From contig JBHGNT010000800.1 in the NCBI GenBank assembly GCA_043228905.1, positions 1-15,469 on the forward strand: 15,469 nucleotides of DNA. The letters are read 5' to 3'. Below, piece by piece: positions 10,436-15,469 of the stretch. The translations under genes and the position numbers were made by a program. Below the pieces are notes generated by a model, which was not told the DNA's origin, ran no database searches, and saw only the letters and a program-made list of their open reading frames with translations. Every line of letters starts with the position of its first letter. Within the stretch, counting starts at the first letter, position 1. Source of the DNA: Azolla caroliniana (lineage: Eukaryota > Plantae > Polypodiophyta).

Positions 10436-11905
10436 ACTCGCTAGCACCACAACCTGGAAGCTGCAACTCTGCCAAGAGCTCAACAATGTCTGACAAGGAG
10501 GTATGTAGGTCACTGACTACAACAAGATTAAACTAATCTGTGATTCGCTGGGATCCATCAACATCTCGGTAGATAGAGACGAAATGGTGCAGATCTGTCT
10601 TGGTGGCCTAACGCAGAAATACGGGCCTATTCAGACGACTATCTGCACGAGAGAAAATACGCCATCCTTCTTTGAGTTGCAGTCCATGCTCCTCGGCAAA
10701 GAGAACCACATGGGTGTGTCAACGAGCATGCATGCCGACAACAAGATGTTGTACATGGAGGCAGATAGGCCCCGTGGTCGTGGTGGACGCGGCGGATCAA
10801 CATGCAATAGAAGCGGCCGACAGGAGCAAAACCAAAGGCACAGAGGAAGTGCTGACAACAATGGACCCTCCACAAGCAGGGGGAGTCAAGGTGGAGTCGG
10901 AAGCCGGCAAGGGAGGACCACGAACTGTTGGTACTGTGGCCGAAAAGGCCACAAGGAGAGTGAGTGCTGGAAGAAACAGGCTGATTCGGACAAAGCCGGA
11001 TCAAGCAGAGCCGACTTCGAGAGACGATAGAGATCACACTATGTTGAAGGCAAAAGGTGAGCCGGAACATGCCCTGCATTTGTGATGAAGCACAAGGCTA
11101 GTTCAATGGTGGCGAGCACCTCAAAACCGAAGGTGTGGTATGTGGATTCCGGCGCATCGAACCACATGACGAACCATAAGGAATGGTTCTCGACATTGGA
11201 GAAGTCGGAACAGCCAGGGGTCGTCGAAACCGGCGACGACACCCCTCACACCAAGAGCATATTGAAGACGTTCCTCTGAGCCACGTCGGCCAGAGAGGAA
11301 TCATGAGGAACATCCTACATGTCTCGACAAGCACGAAGAATCTAGTATCAGTTGGACAAATTGTTGATTAGGGGATTCAAGTCTGGTTCACTCACCTTGG
11401 GTGCTTCATCGAGGAGGAAGGCTGGATTATTGTGCAAGGGCGCTAAGAAGGGAGGATGTTCATTCTCGAGACAAACGACGTGGGCACCGTTATGTTCGCT
11501 AAAAGACAAAAGGTCGATTCGGACATCGACCTATGGCACAAGAGGATCGGCCACGTCAATTTCCCACGATTTCAAGAAATGCAGACCAAGCAAATCGTTT
11601 TCGGCTTTTAGAAATTCAGTGGCCGAAAGGGCCAAGTCTGCGAAGCTTGCCAGTTAGGGAAGCAACACCGGCGTCCTTTCCCTAACGAGTGCAATTGGAG
11701 CCGTAACAAGCTCGATTTGATCCACTTAGACGTTTGGGGGCTGACACAGAACGTGAGTATCAGAGGGAGCCGATATTTTGTCACCTTCATCGAGGACTTC
11801 GCATGGCACACCTGGGCATGCTTGATCGAGAAGAACGAAGTCTTCTCCGTCTTCTTAAAGGTGAAGAGCCTAGCTGAACGGGAGACAGGTAGAAAGATGA
11901 AAGAG
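10103..11905 (+). mobile_element. Truncated, degenerate Ty1/copia LTR retrotransposon (putative 5' LTR, gag, protease, integrase N-terminal part)
   Basis: Gag-like LQLCQELNNV...ICDSLGSI...MVQICLGGL from ~10440; CCHC knuckle CWYCGRKGHKESEC at 10926-10967; protease WYVDSGASNHMT at ~11136; LWHKRIGHVN at 11531, CEAC at ~11638, and IHLDVWG...YFVTFIED at ~11720. Protease followed by integrase is copia order. It has several stops and frameshifts, and no RT, RNase H or 3' LTR. Confidence 0.9.
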
Positions 11906-11932
11906 AGTGCAGGTCTGGAGCTGTCACCCTCC

Positions 11933-12130
11933 AACAACTTGAGAATCCCACATGTGCCGAAAACCAGATTTTTTAGTCTGTTTTTATCTTATTTACTTAT
12001 GTTTTATTTTGATTTGTTGTTCTCAAAGACAAGACAATTTAAGATGTAATCTTTTGCTTGATCTTATAGGCCATTTTGACCTCTTACAAAACATTAATCG
12101 ATCTTTCTTTCTTCTTTCTTTCTAGCACAG
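11933..12130 (+). mobile_element. LINE 3'-end copy E
   Basis: Same family core; 12047-12095 matches the reverse complement of 8989-9037 at 42/49 nt (hand count); ends in (TTTC)n-ctagcacag. Confidence 0.8.
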
Positions 12131-12236
12131 TTTCTGGACGTTTTAGGCTACATTTAGCTACTCAGTACTCAACTCATCTTTTAGCACCAGCCTTTCTTGA
12201 TTATAAAAGCTATGTGTGTTACTTATTCTTGAGCAG

Positions 12237-12462
12237 GTATTGTAAAGTTTTCCAATATGTATTGCGTTTGAAAAGAATTCAATTGGAACTTGAGAAGTCT
12301 TGGGCAGATGCCATGCAACAGGATCGAGCAGACTGTGCCAAACTGAGAAAGGATCCTGTAAATGGATTAAATGGTAGACAGCATCAACAACAACGAATGG
12401 CCATGTGGCGTATTCGCCAACATATGAGTTACCTTATTACCAATCTACAGTTTTACATACAG
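12237..12462 (+). CDS. GCP4: GCP4 exon w11 (YCKVFQYVLRLKR...NLQFYIQ), GC donor
   Basis: Acceptor gagcag|G and donor CAG|gcataa. Read-through gives GCA TAA (stop). Confidence 0.9.
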
Positions 12463-12552
12463 GCATAAATATGATATATACACTTCCAAGAGTATGTTTT
12501 CAAACTCGTTTCTTTTCAGCCCCAGTTTTTAACATCTTCGTTTATTCTGTAG

Positions 12553-12641
12553 GTTGATGTGATTGAGTCACAATGGAATCTCCTGCAGGAGAGGGTTCAA
12601 GCATCAAAAGATTTCACTGAGCTAGTTCGGTTTCATCAAGA
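12553..12641 (+). CDS. GCP4: GCP4 exon w12 (VDVIESQWNLLQERVQASKDFTELVRFHQE)
   Basis: Acceptor tctgtag|GTT and donor GA|gtgaga. Confidence 0.92.
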
Positions 12642-12723
12642 GTGAGAATTATTTTTCCTAGATCCACTGCTTCAAATATGATTGATACGTGTCCTTTCTC
12701 ATATTAAGCTTCAATTATGATAG

Positions 12724-12877
12724 GTACTTGTCTGCGTTAATATCACAATCTTTCTTAGACATCGGATCTGTATCAAGAATTTTGGATAGTATAATCAGAC
12801 TCTGCCTCCAGCTATGTTATCTAATTGAGAATCAGGATGGAACTCCAAATCCAGCTGACCTTGACCAGATTTCAGAG
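12724..12877 (+). CDS. GCP4: GCP4 exon w13 (YLSALISQSFLDIGSVSRILDS...QISE)
   Basis: Acceptor gatag|G and donor GAG|gtatgg; ORF 12689..12949. Confidence 0.92.
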
Positions 12878-13139
12878 GTATGGTTAGGATCTTTCTATAT
12901 ACAGTTTGTAATTTGTGCCATAACAATACCAAAGAGAAGACTGGAATAACTTATCCATCTTGGTGAGCTGCCCTTAAATGCAATATTTTTAGGCCTAAAT
13001 ATAAGATGGTAGAAATTACTTTTGACCTTTCTACATTTGTTTATGTGCATTTCATAAATGATGAAGCAATGTTTCTACTGGAGAGATTACATAACTCTAT
13101 TTTGATTGCTGCTATGTGATGTGGTCGAGATTGTTCCAG

Positions 13140-13262
13140 GAATTCAATAAAAAGTCAAATTCCCTGTATACCATTCTCAGAAGTAGCAAACTTGCTGGGA
13201 GTCAACGTGCACCATTCTTGAGACAATTCTTGTTACGCCTAAATTACAATTCCTTCTTTGAG
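13140..13262 (+). CDS. GCP4: GCP4 exon w14 (EFNKKSNSLYTILRSSKLAGSQRAPFLRQFLLRLNYNSFFE)
   Basis: Acceptor ttccag|GAA and donor GAG|gtagac. Confidence 0.92.
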
Positions 13263-13749
13263 GTAGACCCTCTCTTTTTTTTCCCCCTTTTCTATTAATA
13301 GAGGTGTGCGAGCATATTTCTGCTTTTGAAATCATAGGTTGCCAGCCACCAATGATCTCACATACTTGGTAATGAGCATGAGTCTACATTGGAGGTATTG
13401 GCCACTGTGTGGCATCAGTATTCATGCTCTGGAAGAGTTTGTGGGATGCTTCCGGGGAAGCATACAAAAAAGGCATGCTTTCCTGCCCTAGGTCCCTCTT
13501 GCCATTTTTATGATTTTGGTCATGGGACATTGCATGATGATACTCACCAGTTTAATGTCATCACGTTTGTTGCTTTTCTTTTGTCCTCATCACCTGGTGA
13601 TGTTTTGTACAGCTAATATAAATAAACTCTTAAAAAGAAACATCCATCAAGGCTGCCAGCTCTAGGACCGTGCTCCATTTAGTGTCATTTGTTCACCATG
13701 ATACTGGATCTGATAATTGGGAGCCAACGACCATGGCTGTTTATTATTT

Positions 13750-14193
13750 ACCCTATGGTGTGAAATTCAGACCCTATTGTTCCCATTTGAGCATCGCCTT
13801 GTGGATTTTGGTGAATTAGGGGGGCCTCATTTCGACGGACCAGGACCCTGAATTTACTTATGTGAACTGGTTAAATCTCAGGTGGATTTCATCACCCTTC
13901 TTCACCCTATGATGCAAAATACAAACCGTATTCTTCCCATTTGAGCATCTCCTCATCGAATTCAGTGAATTAGGGGATCTGATCTCGAGGTGTGCTGATT
14001 TTACATATCTAAACTTGTTCCTATGGTGGATTTCATTACCAGTCTTGATCCTATGGTGTGAAATTTAAACCCTATTGTTCCCATTTGAGCATGTACTTGT
14101 GGAATTCGGTTATTAGGGGTCTGATCTCAAGGGACTCTGATTTTACATGCATAAACTTGTTAAAACTGAGGTGGATTTTATCACCAAGTCTAT
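13750..14193. repeat. Tandem repeat of ~150-bp unit, 3 copies, in the last intron
   Basis: Units start at 13751, 13905 and 14049 (periods 154 and 144). Each has cctatg.tg..aaat..a.acc.tatt.ttcccatttgagcat...ttagggg...ggtggattt.at.acc. Confidence 0.9.
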
Positions 14194-14391
14194 GTGCGTT
14201 TGTCCAGACTTCCACATTGTTTTCAAGGTAAATTCGGGGTCTGAATTTAAATGGCCCCTGATGTTGCAGATATGACATTATTGACAGGAAACTGTTGACC
14301 TCATCTCGAAATGTCCAAGTGGTGGGCATGAACCTATCTGTGGATGGCCAACAGCATCATACTAAGTGTTTCTCTGCTGTTTTTTGTACAG

Positions 14392-14487
14392 GCCACTGCA
14401 CGTGGAGCATTGAATGTTGTGCGTCCGCGTAGTCTAGGAGCTACACCAACTGGCCTCTTTACATCTCCATATAAATATACTGATTAG
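14392..14487 (+). CDS. GCP4: GCP4 terminal exon w15 (ATARGALNVVRPRSLGATPTGLFTSPYKYTD*)
   Basis: Acceptor ttttgtacag|GCC; ATARG.LNVVR matches the plant GCP4 C-terminus as I recall it; stop TAG at 14485-14487. Confidence 0.88.
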   Translation, partial: ATARGALNVVRPRSLGATPTGLFTSPYKYTD

Positions 14488-14679
14488 CATATGATAACAG
14501 CTCATCAAACAACTTCAATCTCACCAAGAAAGGATTCTTACTTATATTTGTAGCATCAACAGTTTGTATGTACAGTATTATGTCTTCTAGAATGAAGGTT
14601 TTCATATAATGAGATTTGAAGCGCCTTATGCTCCCTTTGCTGTTCAGAAAACTAAAAAGCGTGGTCAGGTGCTTTCATT

Positions 14680-14820
14680 GCAGAAATGTAGGGAGCTATA
14701 AATTCAAATATCATTTCTTACCAAGTTACATGGACTTTCTTTGGCGCTTTCATCGCTGAAATGCGGGCAGCCATAAATTTAAATATCATTTCTTACCAAG
14801 TTACATGGACTTGCTTTGGC
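14680..14820. repeat. Tandem duplication of ~75 bp downstream of the stop codon
   Basis: aaatatcatttcttaccaagttacatggactt is identical at 14706 and 14781. Confidence 0.9.
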
Positions 14821-14832
14821 TAAATGATTAGG

Positions 14833-15469
14833 AAACTATAAATCTTAAGGTGGGCATACAAGTGATGCATAGAAGGCCCGTCATTCCATATGAGAAAGCT
14901 AATACTAGTGTTTGATAGAATAAACGTGATGGATTGTGGTCCATTATAGGATCACTCACATTACAAATTTTTATCTCCATTTGTAAGCATGCGATTAGGT
15001 GCAACCGTTTATGTTCAGCAAATTCCCATTAATTGTGTCCATGCATAGAAGTCTCATTGCTCTTTCAAACCGAAATGTCCACACTGCTATGGGTAAAATG
15101 TACAAAAATGTTTTGTTCTATATTGTTGGAAGTTTCAAGATTGATGAGAATACAGTGGGGTAATTCTGTGATAGAAAACTTCCCCAAATGACTAGGGTTG
15201 TGGTAGATAACCCAAATGCAGGACATGTCTTAACCCAAACTATAAATCTTAACAAGGTGGGCATACAAGTGATGCATAGAAGGCCCGTCATTCCATATGA
15301 GAAAGCTAATACCAGTGTTTGATAGAATAAACGTGATGGAGATCCATTATAAGATCTCCATTTGTAAGCATGTGATTAGGTGCAACTGTTAATGTTCAGC
15401 AAATTCCCATTAATTGTGTCCATGCATAAAGGTCTCTTTGCTCTTTCAAACCCAAATGTCCACACTGGT
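14833..15469. repeat. Direct duplication with 404-bp period (14833-~15086 and 15237-window end)
   Basis: aaactataaatcttaa...ggtgggcatacaagtgatgcatagaaggcccgtcattccatatgagaaagctaatac... is repeated near-identically, and the match continues to aaatgtccacactg. Confidence 0.92.

Larger units (their letters stand above)
628..14487 (+). other. GCP4: Gamma-tubulin complex component 4 gene, 5'-partial: 15 coding exons in the window, exon 1 upstream
   Basis: The spliced exons give one continuous frame (~703 aa in the window) with consistent phases. Recognisable plant GCP4 segments include LGFFYHELD, LLWHGHQVMYRQL, LKALKDYFLLAKGDFFQ, DGWDSIALEYSIDWPLQLLF, NLQFYIQVDVIESQW and LLRLNYNSFFEATARG. Family assignment is from recall of Spc97/Spc98 (GRIP) proteins, not from a search. 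Confidence 0.93.

Noticed and set aside
10631-11937. Overlapping antisense and alternate-frame ORFs as extra genes
   Set aside because: They are shadow frames of the GC-rich copia gag-pol remnant.
8950-12130. Copies D and E as terminal inverted repeats of one large Mutator/Pack-MULE-like element
   Set aside because: The same sequence occurs as three solo copies and is attached to a LINE RT remnant, and I saw no flanking target-site duplication. Independent LINE insertions explain it better.
11908-12138. Possible target-site duplication around copy E (caggtctgga / cagtttctgga)
   Set aside because: Too short and imperfect to distinguish from chance.
13750-14193. CRISPR-like array
   Set aside because: The whole unit is repeated with no unique spacers, it lies in a eukaryotic intron, and there are no cas genes.
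13389-14329. ORFs 13389..13616 (+) and 14072..14329 (-)
   Set aside because: Both are intronic with no motifs, and the second overlaps the tandem repeat.

Overview
This is eukaryotic land-plant genomic DNA, not a prokaryotic locus. The intron sizes and TE content suggest a non-seed plant such as a fern, but that is only a low-confidence inference. The window holds most of a + strand gene for gamma-tubulin complex component 4 (GCP4/TUBGCP4, Spc97/Spc98 family). I reconstructed 15 coding exons by hand (628..14487, 2113 nt, phase-consistent, ending at TAG 14485-14487); the first exon and start codon lie upstream of the window. Two introns need non-canonical GC donors. The introns carry five copies of the 3' end of one RTE-like LINE family, one of which is still attached to a degenerate reverse-transcriptase ORF on the - strand. 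They also carry a truncated Ty1/copia retrotransposon, possible hAT transposase remnants and a ~150-bp tandem repeat. Two tandem duplications lie downstream of the stop codon. I see no evidence of a new protein-coding system. The most interesting feature is in the 3.37-kb intron (8867-12236): two oppositely oriented LINE ends sit just inside the two splice sites. They could fold the intron into a stem-loop that loops out the copia element and masks an in-frame cryptic acceptor created by the LINE tail.
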